From Raja brachyura (lineage: Eukaryota), in NCBI GenBank assembly GCA_963514005.1, contig OY740792.1, positions 36,270,001 through 36,334,000 on the forward strand: 64,000 bases of DNA, in the 5' to 3' direction. How positions within the stretch are numbered: position 1 is the first letter of the stretch; every line of letters starts with the position of its first letter. Positions 27,540-39,850 of the stretch are shown here, in pieces. The position numbers and the translations under genes were made by a program. The notes below the pieces were generated by a model. That model saw only the letters and a program-made list of their open reading frames with translations, was not told the origin of the DNA and did no database searches.

Positions 27540-27825
27540 GGGTGGCACAGTGGGGCAATGGTAGAGCTGCTGCCTTAAAGCCACAGAGACCCTGCTTCGA
27601 TCTTGACCACAGGTGTTATCTGTATGGAGTTTGTACGTTCTCCCTCTGACCACATGGGTTTTCTCCGGGAGCTTTCGTTTCCCACACTCCAAAGATGAAC
27701 AGGTTTGTAGGTTAGTTGGCTTCTGTTAAATTGTCTCTAGTGTGTAGGAGTGCGGGGATCGCTGGTCGGCGCAGACTCTGTGGACTGATGTGCCTATTTT
27801 CACGCTGTATCTTTAAACTAAACTA
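27540..27825 (+). mobile_element. HE1-like V-SINE
   Basis: Full-length copy with (ACTAA)n tail. Confidence 0.8.
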
Positions 27826-28184
27826 AGGATACAGTCAGAAGATGGTGAAGGTAAAACCGGGCCATGCGGGGCTGGGTAACGACCAGTGATTCCCAAACAC
27901 TAGTTCAGATTAAGTCTGAAAAAGGGTCTCGACCCGAAACATCACCCATTCCTTCCATCCAGATATGCTGCCTGTCCAACTGAGTTACTCCAGCATTTTG
28001 TGTCTATTTAAGGTTAGTCAAGCCGTCCACAGTGTAGATACAGGATAAATGGAATAACGTTTAAGGCCAGATAAAGTCCAGAAAAGGCCAAAGTCTCAAA
28101 CTCAACAGCAGCATTTCTGTTTGAGACATGCCGCAGTAACACCCCTGGGTTTAAGTGACAGAAATCCTTCCTTTCAGGAAGATT

Positions 28185-28386
28185 GTCACAAAATGCTGGA
28201 GTAACTCAGCAGGTCAGGCAGCATCTCTGGTGAAAAGGAGTAGGTGACATTTCATTCGGCGACCCTTCTTCAACCTGAAACACCACCTATTATTTTTTCT
28301 CCAGAGATGCTGCCAGATCCACTGAGTTACTCCAGGATTTTGTGTCTATCTTCTGTGTAAACCAGCATATGCAGTTCCTTCCTACA
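28185..28386. repeat. PLE-derived fold-back element
   Basis: Inverted arms. Confidence 0.75.
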
Positions 28387-29345
28387 TTCCTTTTGGGAAC
28401 ATGGGTTGCTCCAGTCATGTGCCCCTGCTGGAGTTAAATTACGTTACTGAAGACCATATCTGTTGTGAAACACAGTCTTTGTCTGGAAGGCAATGTTGAA
28501 ATTCTATGTACTCGGAATAAGAGGCATTCATTGATAACAAATACAGGCATGGAAGAAAACAGCAAACAGAAGGGGACATCACTGTGTGATTGATTTACTG
28601 CAGCTCTCCTTGAAATACACACATTCATTTCTGAACCTTGTTACAAATCCTATTGTCTACATGATTAAAGAACTGTGTAATTCTCAATCAGTGAATATGA
28701 GCATAAAATCATGGGTGGAATAGATAGGGTGAATGCACAGAGTGGAGGAGTTAAGAACCAGAGGATACAGGTTTAAAGTAAGAGGGGAAAGATTTAATAG
28801 GATCCCGTGGAGCAACCTTTTCACTCAGAGGGTGGTTGGTAGATGGAACAAGCTGCCAGAGGAGTTAGCTGAGGCATGGGCTATATCAACATTTAAATGC
28901 AGATGGTGTCATAGGTGAGACACGGAGGTGGTCCCAGCGGCGATCCCTTTGTAGAAAGATCACTTTGAAGAAAGATTTGATAACTGGGATTGTATTCTCT
29001 GCAGCAACGGAGGTGGAAAAAAAACTTAGTTGAGGTGAATAATATTATGCGAATAGGACCCGTTTCGCTTAACAAAGAGTGTGGGAAGGAACTGCAGATG
29101 GTGTTTTAAACTGAAGATAGACACTAAAAACTTGAAAAACTCAGCAGAAAAGGCTGCATCTCTGGAGAGAAAGAATAGGTGATGTTTTGGGTTGAGACCT
29201 TCAGACTGAAGAGGTTGAAAACCAGCCATAAACACAATGACTGGAGATGTGTGTTATCCAACTAAGGGCAGAAATCAGAAATCATGTGTTCATCTTTTTT
29301 GATGTGACACCATAATAAATATATTACAGAAAAATGAATTTAATG

Positions 29346-29620
29346 GGGTGGCACGGTGGCGCAGCGGTAGAGTTGCTGCCTTACAGCACCACAGACCCAG
29401 ATTTGATCCTGACTACGGGTGCTGTCTGTACAGAATTTGTACATTCACCCTCTGACCACATGGTTTTCTCTGGATATTCCGGTTTCTCCCACATCCGAAA
29501 GAAGTGTAGGTTTGTAGGTTAATTAGCTTCTGTGAATTGTCCCTGGTGTATAGGATGGAACTGGTGTATGATAGATTGCTGGTCGATGTGGACTTGGTGG
29601 GCTGAAGGGCCTGTTTCCAT
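29346..29620 (+). mobile_element. HE1-like V-SINE
   Basis: Full-length copy. Confidence 0.8.
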
Positions 29621-30239
29621 ATATATGTCTTACATATATATCTTAATTTCATTGAACCATATACGATTGAATATGTGGCATTATTTTTGTCTTGTTTCTA
29701 TAGTCAAAGGGTAAGGTTGATTGATTTCTTTGTGCAGAACAGTGATGGAAGTCCAACTTGCCTTGTTTCTGTTTTTTTCTCTCTCTATATATATATAAAT
29801 ATATATATGCATAACAGCATGAATCTGATTTCAATACATGAATATAGTCATGTGGTGCACCTGTTGGTCAGAGCCTGGCTCTACTGTGGAATGTAATTTA
29901 GCCTAACCTTATTCATACCGCATCCAATTTAAAGCATAAATGTTGCATTCAAGTGTAAGTTAAAAGACTCACTACAGTATACACCAGACTGCACAATTTC
30001 AAGCTGAAAAATGCAAAAGCTACCTACTGTGGGAGGGATGTGTCCCCACTCCGTCACTACGCTCCCTCGCAATTTCTCACACTCAACTCTCACCCAATGT
30101 TGGCAGCCCTGACTATATACAAAAGCAATTTCACTGGACCTCAGTACGTGTGACATTAAAGTACCATTGAACCGGCGGTTATCACACCGAGATTTCACAG
30201 ATATCACAATGAAATGACACTGCTCTGGTTCTTGATTAG

Positions 30240-30985
30240 CGACACCCACCCCCTCACCGTCTGCCCGAAGGGGCGGTAGCTGGGAAAGAAGGCAGCGATA
30301 ATGAAGGGTATATTCGATGGGTAAAACTACCTCGGGGGCGAGTAGCCCTGGCGCAGCGTCCGGGACCCGCCCGCCCGCCGGCCTGGAGTCTCACAACACC
30401 GTTCTCCACCTCCCCCCAGTTGCACGCCCACTCTCACTTTCTCTCCCCCCCCCCCCTTCTTTTCCTCTTCCCCCTTCTCTCACTCTCTTTACTTCCCTTT
30501 ATCCCACCCTATCACCCTCCCCATTCCCACCTCCCTCTCTCCCTACTTCCTCCCCACTCCTTCTCACCCTTCCCCCTTCTCTCCATCCCCATTCCTTCTC
30601 TCCCTCCCTTTCTCCCCCAGACTCACCGCAGAGCAGCGCCGGCAGCAGCAGCAGGAGGATCGTGGCGGAGCGCCGCATGTCCCCGCCGGGATGGCCTCGC
30701 CTCGCCTCGCCTCGCCTCTCCCCTCGCAGTCTCAGTCTCCCCCGGCTTCACGCCCGGGCTCCCGGTGTCGCTCCCCGCACCATGGGGCGGTCTCCCGCTC
30801 CGCCGCTCGCTGCAGACACTGAACCAGAATCAGACCTCCCCCAAGAGTACAAGCCGGGCTCGCTGGCGGCCGGGAGGGAGGGAGGGAGGGAACACACAGC
30901 GCTGGGAACCAAAGATCTTTCCTGGGAACCGCTGCGCTGCCAGCCCGACAGGTAATGGGAGCGGGTAGAAGGCGGGCGGATCTCC
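30240..30985 (-). promoter_or_regulatory. CpG-island promoter / 5' UTR of PTGFRN-like gene
   Basis: Sharp rise in GC and CpG around exon 1, GGGCGG boxes (e.g. ~30785, ~30975), no clear TATA box. TSS cannot be determined from sequence. Confidence 0.7.
30627..30678 (-). CDS. PTGFRN: PTGFRN-like coding exon 1 (signal peptide MRRSATILLLLLPALLC + G, phase 1)
   Basis: ATG at 30678 (context GGGGAC-ATG), Leu-rich hydrophobic core, donor G|GTGAGT at 30627/30626. Joins exon 2 in frame to give ...LLCGLTSG-RVVKVP, like PTGFRN ..CRG-RVVRVP. Lies in a CpG island. Confidence 0.85.
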
Positions 30986-31275
30986 ACCCTCTCCCCGCCT
31001 CCTCCACCCTCTCCCCGCCTCCTCTCCTTCCCTCCCACCTCTCTCTAGGATCTTTCCTCTCTCTCTCTCTTTCCTCTCCTCCCCTCCCACTCTCTCCTTC
31101 CCTTCCACCTCTCCCCCCCCCCTCCTTCCTTCCCTCCCGCCTCTCTCTCCTCTCCCCCTGCGTTCTCCCTCCCTCTCACACACCCCACTCCCTCCTTCTT
31201 TGCTTCCTTCCATTCCTCCCCCACATCCCCTCCCCATCGACCTCACTGCCTCCTCTCTTTCTTCCCGTCTCACTC
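30985..31275. repeat. Polypyrimidine (CT-rich) low-complexity tract upstream of the promoter
   Basis: Nearly pure C/T on the + strand; a second such tract lies at 30430-30618. Confidence 0.8.
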
Positions 31276-31944
31276 AATCCCTGTGGGACTTCACTACTGC
31301 TCCTTGTTACAAATGTACACATGGGCTACTTTGTTACTTCACCCCTGCAACAGTTTGATTTGTAATAAAGTGGGATATGTATTAAAACAACTGGAAGAGT
31401 GGCTGCCTCGCAGCACCCCAGGTTCGATCCTGACCATAAGACATAGGAAGAGAATTAGGCCATTCAGCCCATTCGAGTCTGCTCTGCCATTCGACCATGG
31501 TTGATTTACCTTTCCTGCTCAACCCCATTCTCCTGCCTTCTCCGCGTTGCTAATCGAGAACCTGTCAATCTCCGCTTTAAAAATACCCAATGACTTGGTC
31601 TCCAGAGCCATCTGTGGCAATGAATTCCACAGATTCACCACCCTCTGACTAAAGAAATTTCTCCTTGGGTGCTGTCTGTGTGTGGAGTTTACACGTTCTC
31701 CCTGTGACCGCGCGGGTTTTCTCCAGATACTCTGGTTGCCTCCCACATCCCAGTTGGAGTAACTCTCTCTCTCTCCCTCCCTCTCCTCCCCTCCCCTCTC
31801 CTCCCTGGAGGTCAGGCAGCACCGCTGAGGGCCAGGAGTCAAAAGTGTTTTATCGTTTTGTGTACCTAAATAGAACAATGAAATTCTTACTTGCAGCAGC
31901 ATTGCAAGTCTGTAAACACAGTACTCATAGATAACACATTAGCA

Positions 31945-32235
31945 GCACAGAAGCGGGCCCTTCAGTCCACCGACTCCACGCCGACCTCCGATCCCTGTAC
32001 ACCAGCACTATCCTACACACTAGGGACAATTTACAATTTTTTACTGAAGCCAATTAACCTATGAACCTGTACATCTTTAGAGTGTGGAAGGAAACCAGAG
32101 CACCCATGGTCCAGAAAAAACAAAACCCACGTGGCCACAGGGAAAATGTACAAGTTCCGAACAGACAGCACCCATAGTCAGGGTTGAACCCAGGGCTCTG
32201 GGGCTGTGAGGCAGCAACTCTACCACTGTGCTATT
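31945..32235 (-). mobile_element. HE1-like V-SINE
   Basis: Family motifs on the minus strand. Confidence 0.78.
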
Positions 32236-33477
32236 GAGCTAAACAAACAAAAAGAAGTTCAATAAATAACAATATATATAGTCCAAAACAAAAGAAAGCT
32301 CAAAGTCCTTTTTGCAACAAATACAGTTTGTATGTCAGAGTTTAGTTGGAGTTCGTAGTGTTAAGTTTTGAATTTTGTTCAATCAATGGTCTTGCTATTT
32401 TTGTCTCTAAATTTTGCTTTCTCGGGTTTCGGACTTGGGTAGGTCATGCTGGTAAATGTTCCTGCTTTATCTTTAAGTGCCAGCTGCACTGAGGAATTGT
32501 TACAGATTCAGCCATTTGACCTTAAGAAGTGCAGAGAAATTTTCTGCTTTCTCATGCAGAGGAAAATGTACAAGGACAAAAGTTTTATCTCGACCCTACA
32601 CTATAACAGGCAGCAAAATTAGGTGATCTGTCATGGAGCCGTACAGGGCGGAAACAGGCCCTTCAGCCCACCTTGTTCATGCCAACCAATTTAGCACATG
32701 GAGCTAGTCCCATTTTCTTGCATTTGGCCCATAGCCCTCTAAACCCTTCCTATCTATATGTCGTAATTGTCATAATCATACAGTGTGGAAACAGGCGCTT
32801 GTGCCCAACTTGCCTACACCGACACTAGTCCAACCTGCCTGTGTTTAACTCGTATCCCACTAAACCAACTTATCGATGTACCTGTGTAGATGTTTCTTAA
32901 ACGTTGCAATTATATGTGCCTCAATTACCTTCTCTGGCAGCTCCTTTCATACGCCTATCACCTTTTGAATGATAAACTTACCCCTCAGGTTCCTATTAAA
33001 TCTTAATAGGTAGACTGAAAAGCTTTGTTTGCATGCTATCCAAACAGATCACATAATACTATACAAGTACAAACTAGCCAAACTCAAGTACAATAGGTAG
33101 CGCAGAGGGGAAGATACAGAGTGCAGAGTATAATTCTCAGCATTGTAGCGCATCAGTTTCAGAGACAAAGTCCAATGCCCACAATGGGATAGCGGTGAAT
33201 CGGACAGTACCCTAGCTTAAGGAAGGACCATTCTGACACCTGATAACAGAGGGGGAAAAGACATTCCTAAGTCTGTTGGTGTGTACTTTCAAGCTTCTGT
33301 ATCTTCTGCTGGGTGGGAGCAGGAAGAAGGAATGACCGGGTGGGACAAGTTATTGATTTGAAACAATTTGAAATAAAGTTAATTTGAAACAAATTAAAGT
33401 TTGGAACTCGAGTGTATGGCATTGTTGGCCAAGGATTAACAGCTTGTTAAATTATACTTAATCTTTAGAGAGATAAT

Positions 33478-33763
33478 TTAGAGATACAGCGCGGAACCAG
33501 GCCCTTTGTCCCACCGAGTCTGTGCCGACCAGTGATCACCTCGTACGCAAGCACCCTCCTACACACTACGGACAAGTTTCAATTTTATTGAAGCAAATTA
33601 ACCTAGATACCTGTACGTCTTTGCAATGTGGGAGGAATCCTGAACACCTTGGGGAAACCCCAGTAGTCACAGGAGAACTCACAGACAGCACCCACAGTCA
33701 GGATCAAACCCATGTCTCAGGCGCTGTGAGGCAGTAACTCGACTGCTGCACCACTGTGCCACC
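33478..33763 (-). mobile_element. HE1-like V-SINE
   Basis: Family motifs on the minus strand. Confidence 0.78.
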
Positions 33764-35399
33764 CAAACGCCCAATGTCACTGCATTGGTTTTGTGTGTAC
33801 TGCCTTCCTGCAAAGAACCGGTTTATTTGTAGCAAAAAGGAAAAGACAGCTGGTTATATAGACCCTATAAAGTGTACAAAATACTGTCTTTCCATGCCGT
33901 ATCTCTAAACTAAAATGTCACTTACTATAAGTAGCACAATAAAATTGTCAAAATCATTTCACTTTGACCGCCTTAATATTCTTGTAATCTTTGCTGAGCT
34001 GTTTGGCTGATATTGTCTGCAGAATTATATATACAAGGATGACCATCAAGTTTGAGGTGGCACAGCGGTAGAGCCGCTGCCTCACAGCGCCAGAGACCCA
34101 TGTTCGATTCTGACCTCGGGTGCTGCCCGTGCAGAGTTTGTACGTTCTTCCCGTGACCACGTGGGTTTTCTCCAGGTGCTCCAGTTTCCTCCCACATCAC
34201 AAAGACGTGTGGATTTGTAAGTTTATTGGCTTCTGTAAATGGTCCCTAGTGTGTAGGATGGAACTAGTGTATGGGTGATTGCTAGACTTTACTGGACTTT
34301 ATCTTGCACTGAACGTTATTCCCTTTATCCCGTATCTGTACATTGTGGATGACTCGATTGGAATCATGTATAGCCTTTCTGCTGACTGGTTAGCAGACAA
34401 TAAAAGCTTTTCACTGTACCTCAGTACATGTGACAATAAACTAAACTAAACTAATGGAACAATGAAATTCTTTCCTATAGCAGGATGACCAGAACTGAAT
34501 ACAATCCTACAAGTACAACCTCAGCAGCGTCTTGTACAACTGTCCCATTACTGCAGCATTTCAGGCCTGTAAACACTATACGCAGAGATAGGATAATAAA
34601 CAAAAAATATCAATAAATGAATAGCCGAATAGCGCACAATAACTCAAAGTCCTTGGTATTACCAAAGGCGACCATAGTTCATAGTTAAGGTTAGTGTGGT
34701 ATAGTGTTCAAGAGCTTGATGGTTGCTGGGGAGGAGCTTTAGTCTGAAGAAATGCCTCGGCCCGAAATGTCACCTATCCATGTTCCCCAGCAATGCTGCC
34801 TGACCTGCTGAGTTACTCCAGCACTTTTTGTCCTTTTGTGTATTGACATTCATCTGCATTTCTTTGTTTCTGCACTCTGTTCTTGATCCTGGAGGTGACG
34901 GTTTTCATACTTCTGTATTTTCTTCCCGATGGCAGGAGTGAAATGAGAGCGTGGCCAGGGTGGTGTGTGCCCTTGATTATGCCTTTTTAGAGGGGGATGG
35001 GGAGGTCAGGACCCATGATGACCGGTAATCTCCTTCGTTTCTGGTCATTCGAGTTGCCAAACCGTGATGCACCAAGTAAATCTGGCTGTAGAATTTCAGT
35101 CACCCTCCAAGTTATTAGTCAAAGAATGACCTGCACTGTTTACCAAGTTAGTTATTGAAACGCAAGAAGTTCTGTGCCAGTGAAAAAGGCACATCAAATA
35201 CAGTGATTCTTGCAAATTCTCACAGCTGTCAACGTTTAACTACTGCTATGTTTGCAGGCTGCTCTTAAAGGGACTTACCACAGCTCACACAGCAACAGAG
35301 AAGTGTTGCTAATGACTGATTGGATATTGCAACTGTTCAGAATCAAGTGCATTTAATTGTGGGATGTACCGACAATGGAATAATTAAATTCTTTCCTCT

Positions 35400-35688
35400 A
35401 GCAGCAGTGTGGCACAGCGGTAGAGTTGCTGCCATTTACAGCGCCAGACCTGGGTTCGATCTTGACCACGGGTCCTGTGTGTAGGGAGTTTGTACATTCT
35501 CCCTGTGACCCCGCAGGTTTTCTCCTGGTGCTCTGGTTTCCTCCCACACTCCAAAGACGTGCAGGTTTGTAGGCTAATCGGCTTTGGTACAGGATTGAAA
35601 ATTGTTTCTCGTGTGTAGGATAGTGCTAGTGAATAGGGATCGCTGGTCAGCATGGACTCGGTGGACTGTATCGCTAAACTAAAACTAC
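35400..35688 (+). mobile_element. HE1-like V-SINE
   Basis: Full-length copy. Confidence 0.78.
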
Positions 35689-37344
35689 TTCTAGTTCCTT
35701 TGTTCATATCGCAATTCATAACAGAGATAAAGCATTAACTCCGGGGATGGGGGGATGGGGGGGTGTGTGTAGTCTAGTGTGTAGGGAGTGGATGTGATAA
35801 TGGGATAACATAGAACTAGTGTAAACGGGTGATGGATGGTCGGCATGGACTCGGTGGGCCGAAGGACCTGTTTCCGTGCTGTATCTCTGATCTCTAAACA
35901 ATTTTTATTCTTTATCCTGTGTCTGTACACTGTGGACGGCATAATTGTAATCATGTATAGTCTTTTCGCTGACTGGTCAGCATGCAACAACAAAGCTTTT
36001 TCCTGTACCTCGGTATACCTGACAACAATAATAAAGTTAACTTTTACATTCTAGTGAAGTCACTTATCTAAAATGGCAGCTCCTGCCTGCAATACAGGTT
36101 GTTATAATAATACTCCTCAGATAGATGAGATAATGCTGGGGAAGTGTGCACTATTCAACTTTGGAAGAAGTGAACACTTTTTGAAGGGAGTAAAAGACAA
36201 CAGGCAAATGAAAATAAATTAAACTAGAGAAAGGCAAGGGAGCAAGTTCAAACTAGTAGAAGTCAGGTCCAATATTCAAGCCAGCAAACTATCACTCAGA
36301 CAACGTGTGAACAATGCTTTGTATAGAGGTCCAGGTAAATCCAGATATAATGATTCAGGTAAATGGCTGAGGAGCAGTGAATGTCCTGATTGAGAGCAGA
36401 CAAAATTTAGCAGAAGGAAGAGTTAAGAAAAACTTAATATAATAAAATAGGATTCATGGTTTATACCCTAGATGCTGGTTTATACCCAGATGCTGGTTTA
36501 TACTCAAGATAGACACAAAATGCTGAAGTAACTCAGCGGATCAGGCAGTATCGCTCGCGAACATTTAGGTGGTGTGTCAGGTCGGTACACTTCTTCAGAC
36601 TTATGTTTTGATCAACACAAAATTTTATGACAGACACAGCATTTTGCATCCATAGTTTTTTTTAAGCTTAGTTTAGAGAAACAGTAGGGAAACAGGCCTT
36701 TCGGTCCTCTGAGCCTGTACTGAGGTACAGTGAAAAGCTTTTATTGTCTGCTAACCAGTCAGCAGAAAGGCTATACATGATTCCAATCGAGTCATCCACA
36801 ATGTACAGATACGGGATAAAGGGAATAACGTTTAGTGCAAGATAAAGTCCAGTAAAGTCCGATTAAAGATAGTCTGAGGGTCTCCAATGAGGTAGATAGT
36901 AGCTCAGGACTGCTCTCGAGTTGTTGATAGGATGGCTCAGTTGATAGGTACCAATGACAATTAAGTACACTTTATGTTTTAGATTCATTTTTAGTTTTGG
37001 AGATACAACGTGGAAACAGTCCAATCGGTCCATTGAGTCCACGCCGACCATCGAACACCCGTTCACACTAATTCTATGTTATCCCGCTTTCTCATCCACT
37101 CCCTACTTGAGGCAATTTCACAGAAGCCAATTAACCAACAAACCCGCATGTCTTTGGGATGTGGGAGGAAACTGGAGCACCCATAGGAAATCCACTCGGT
37201 CGCAGGGAGAACCTTACAGACAGCTCCTGTAGTCAGGATCCAACCTGGATCTCTGACGCTGTAAGACATTTGACTGGCAACAGTTGCAGTATCCATTCAT
37301 TCGGTAGCAGCACGTTCCTGGAGTTGTGTGTTGCGTGAGTAAAG

Positions 37345-37648
37345 TTTAGTTTAGAGATACAGCGTGGAAACAGGCCCTTCCCCCCACCGAGTACGCACCG
37401 ACAGGCAATCCCCGCATATTAACATTATCCTACACACACCAGGGACAATTTTACATTTATACCAAGCCGATAAACCTACAAACTTGCACGTATTTGAGTG
37501 TGGGAGGAAACCGAAGATCTCGGAGAAAACCCACGCGGTCATGGGGAGAATGTACAAACTCCGTACACACAGCGCCCATAGCCAGGTTCAAACCGGGCCT
37601 CTGGCGCTGTAAGGCAGCAACTCTACCGCTGTGCAACCATACTGCCCT
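37345..37648 (-). mobile_element. HE1-like V-SINE
   Basis: Full-length copy. Confidence 0.8.
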
Positions 37649-37717
37649 TGACTCTCAACAGTTTCAGTATCCATTCAATCGGTAGCAGCACTTCCCTGTA
37701 GCTGTGTGTTGCATGAG

Positions 37718-38030
37718 TTTAGTTTAGTTTAAAGATACAGAGAGGAAACAGGCCCTTCTGCCCACCGTGTCCGCACCGATCAGCGATCCCCGCACATTAG
37801 CACTATCCTACACACACTAGTGACAATTTTACATTTATATAAGTCAATTAACCTACAAAACTGTAAGGTCTTTGGAGTGTGGGAGGGAAGCAAAGATCAC
37901 AGAGCATGCGTACGCGGTCACAGGGAGAACGTACAAACCCCATGCAGAGAGCACCCATAGCCAGGATCGAACCTGGGTCTAGGCGCTGTAAGCTTTTTAA
38001 AGCGGCATCTCTACCGCTAGGCCACCATGC
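37718..38030 (-). mobile_element. HE1-like V-SINE
   Basis: Full-length copy. Confidence 0.8.
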
Positions 38031-38954
38031 CATTATGGTATGTCTCTTTAAGTCCAGGCTGTAAAGATAGCAGGAGTGAAACATTGACAGCTGTGAGAAT
38101 TTGCAAGAATAGGGAATGCCACAACAAATTAACGTCAGCCTCAGCACTGCATTATGCACAGAAACCCAGCAATGTCGTTCTGTGAATCTGACTGTTGAAG
38201 TTGCAGGCTGATTTTAACTTCTATAAACAGGATTAGAGTGACCCAAACTGACCCCAAAGAAAAGATGGAACAATTTCTAGAGTTTTCCTAATAGCTGAAT
38301 AATGACATCCTGGGTGGAAAGGGAGTTAAGGGAATAGATAGAGATTGAGGAGAGGCTAATGGAGCTTAATTCAGATAAGAGTGAGATGTTGCATTTTGAG
38401 AAGCCAGACCAGGACAGGACCTTCACAATGAACTGTAGAGCCGTTGGGAGTGTTGTGGAGCAGAGGGTGTAAGTACATAGTTCCCTGAAAGTAAGGTTGC
38501 AAGTGAAGAAGACTTTTGGCATGCGGGACTTGATCGGCCAGGGAATTGAAGTTGCGATACAAGGAACTGCAGATGCCGGTTTACAAAAAAAGACACAAAG
38601 TGTTGGAGTACCTCAGCGGGTCAGGCAGCATCTCTGGAGAAGATGGGTAGGAAACACTTTGGATCAGGACCCGTCTTTGATGACCACAAATGCAGTGAAA
38701 TAGACCTTTAAACCTCTTTGTTTCACACCAATCAAAAATTGTGACTTTTTTAGGTAATTTAATTTTATTTTAGGGGAACTTATCCACAAACACCCTCCTT
38801 CCCCCTCACCTTTCACTTCCCTCTCCTCCTCCCCTGAACCCTGGCTGCCTTTGCAGCATTTTCACCCTTCCCCCTCACGGTCCACCTACGTTCCTTCCTC
38901 CGCTTCACAGTTCACAACTCGTTATCCTTATGGTCTCACACCTGCCTCCTGCGG

Positions 38955-39250
38955 TTGCAGTGGAAAGTACCTCGGGAGGGGGTGGTTTGCGTGGGATACA
39001 ACGAGTTGACCAGGGAGTTATGGAGGGAACAATCTATGCAGAAAGCAGAAAGGGGTGGAGATGGGAAGAAAGGGCCAGTAGTGGGATCCCTGTGGAGGTG
39101 GCAAAAATGTTGGAGGATTATATGTTGTATGCGACGGCTGATGGAGTGGAAGGTGAGGACAAAGGGGACTCTCTCCTTGTTATGAGAGCGGGGAGGGGGA
39201 GTGTGAGCAGAGCTGCTGGATATCGAGGAGACCCTGGTGAGAGCCTCATC
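38955..39250 (-). mobile_element. Penelope-like internal fragment
   Basis: Reverse complement matches the region upstream of the GIY-YIG domain (ATCTTCCCATCTCCACCCCTTTC, as at ~14090). Confidence 0.65.
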
Positions 39251-39444
39251 TCAATGTTCCATTGTCGGTACATATTACAATCAAACATTCTTGACTTAGT
39301 TGATACTAGTGCATCTGTGGATATGATATATAAATAAACCTACAACAATATTCACTTTTGACACAGTCAATGAGGAAATGCTAAAGGATATTTCTTTATA
39401 ATGCTACTATACCTTTTACAGTTCTCAAAATCTTTTCATTGTAA

Positions 39445-39850
39445 ATGTAACCAAACTGATCTCCCGGTGGCTCAACTCTTCAACTCCCCCTCCCATTCCG
39501 AATCCGTCCTTTCTGTCCTGGGCCTCCTCCATGGCCAGAGTGAGTCCCACCGCAAATTGGAGGAGCAGCACCTCACATTTCGCTTGGGTAGTTTACACCC
39601 CAGTGGTATGAACATTGACTTCTCCAATTTCAGGTAGTCCCTGCTTTCTCCTTCTTTCCCCTCCCCTTCCTATCTCCCCCACAGCCTACTGTCTCCGCCT
39701 CTTCCTTTCTTCTTCCCGCCCCCCCCCCGACATCAGTCTGAGGAAGGGTCTCGACCCGAAATGTCACCTATTTCTTCGCTCCATGGATGCTGCCTCACCC
39801 GCTGAGTTTCTCCAGCTTTTTTGTCTACCTGTGTTTCTACAGTTCCTTGT
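39445..39850 (+). mobile_element. Penelope-like 3' fragment
   Basis: NQTDLPVAQLFNSPSHS..EEQHLTFRLGSLHPSGMNIDFS, followed by CTGAGGAAGGGTCTCGACCCGAAATGTC. Confidence 0.8.

Noticed and set aside
30317-31365. Several long Pro/Ser/Gly/Arg-rich ORFs around the promoter
   Set aside because: They arise from low-complexity and CpG-island sequence; only the 52-bp exon has splice and homology support.
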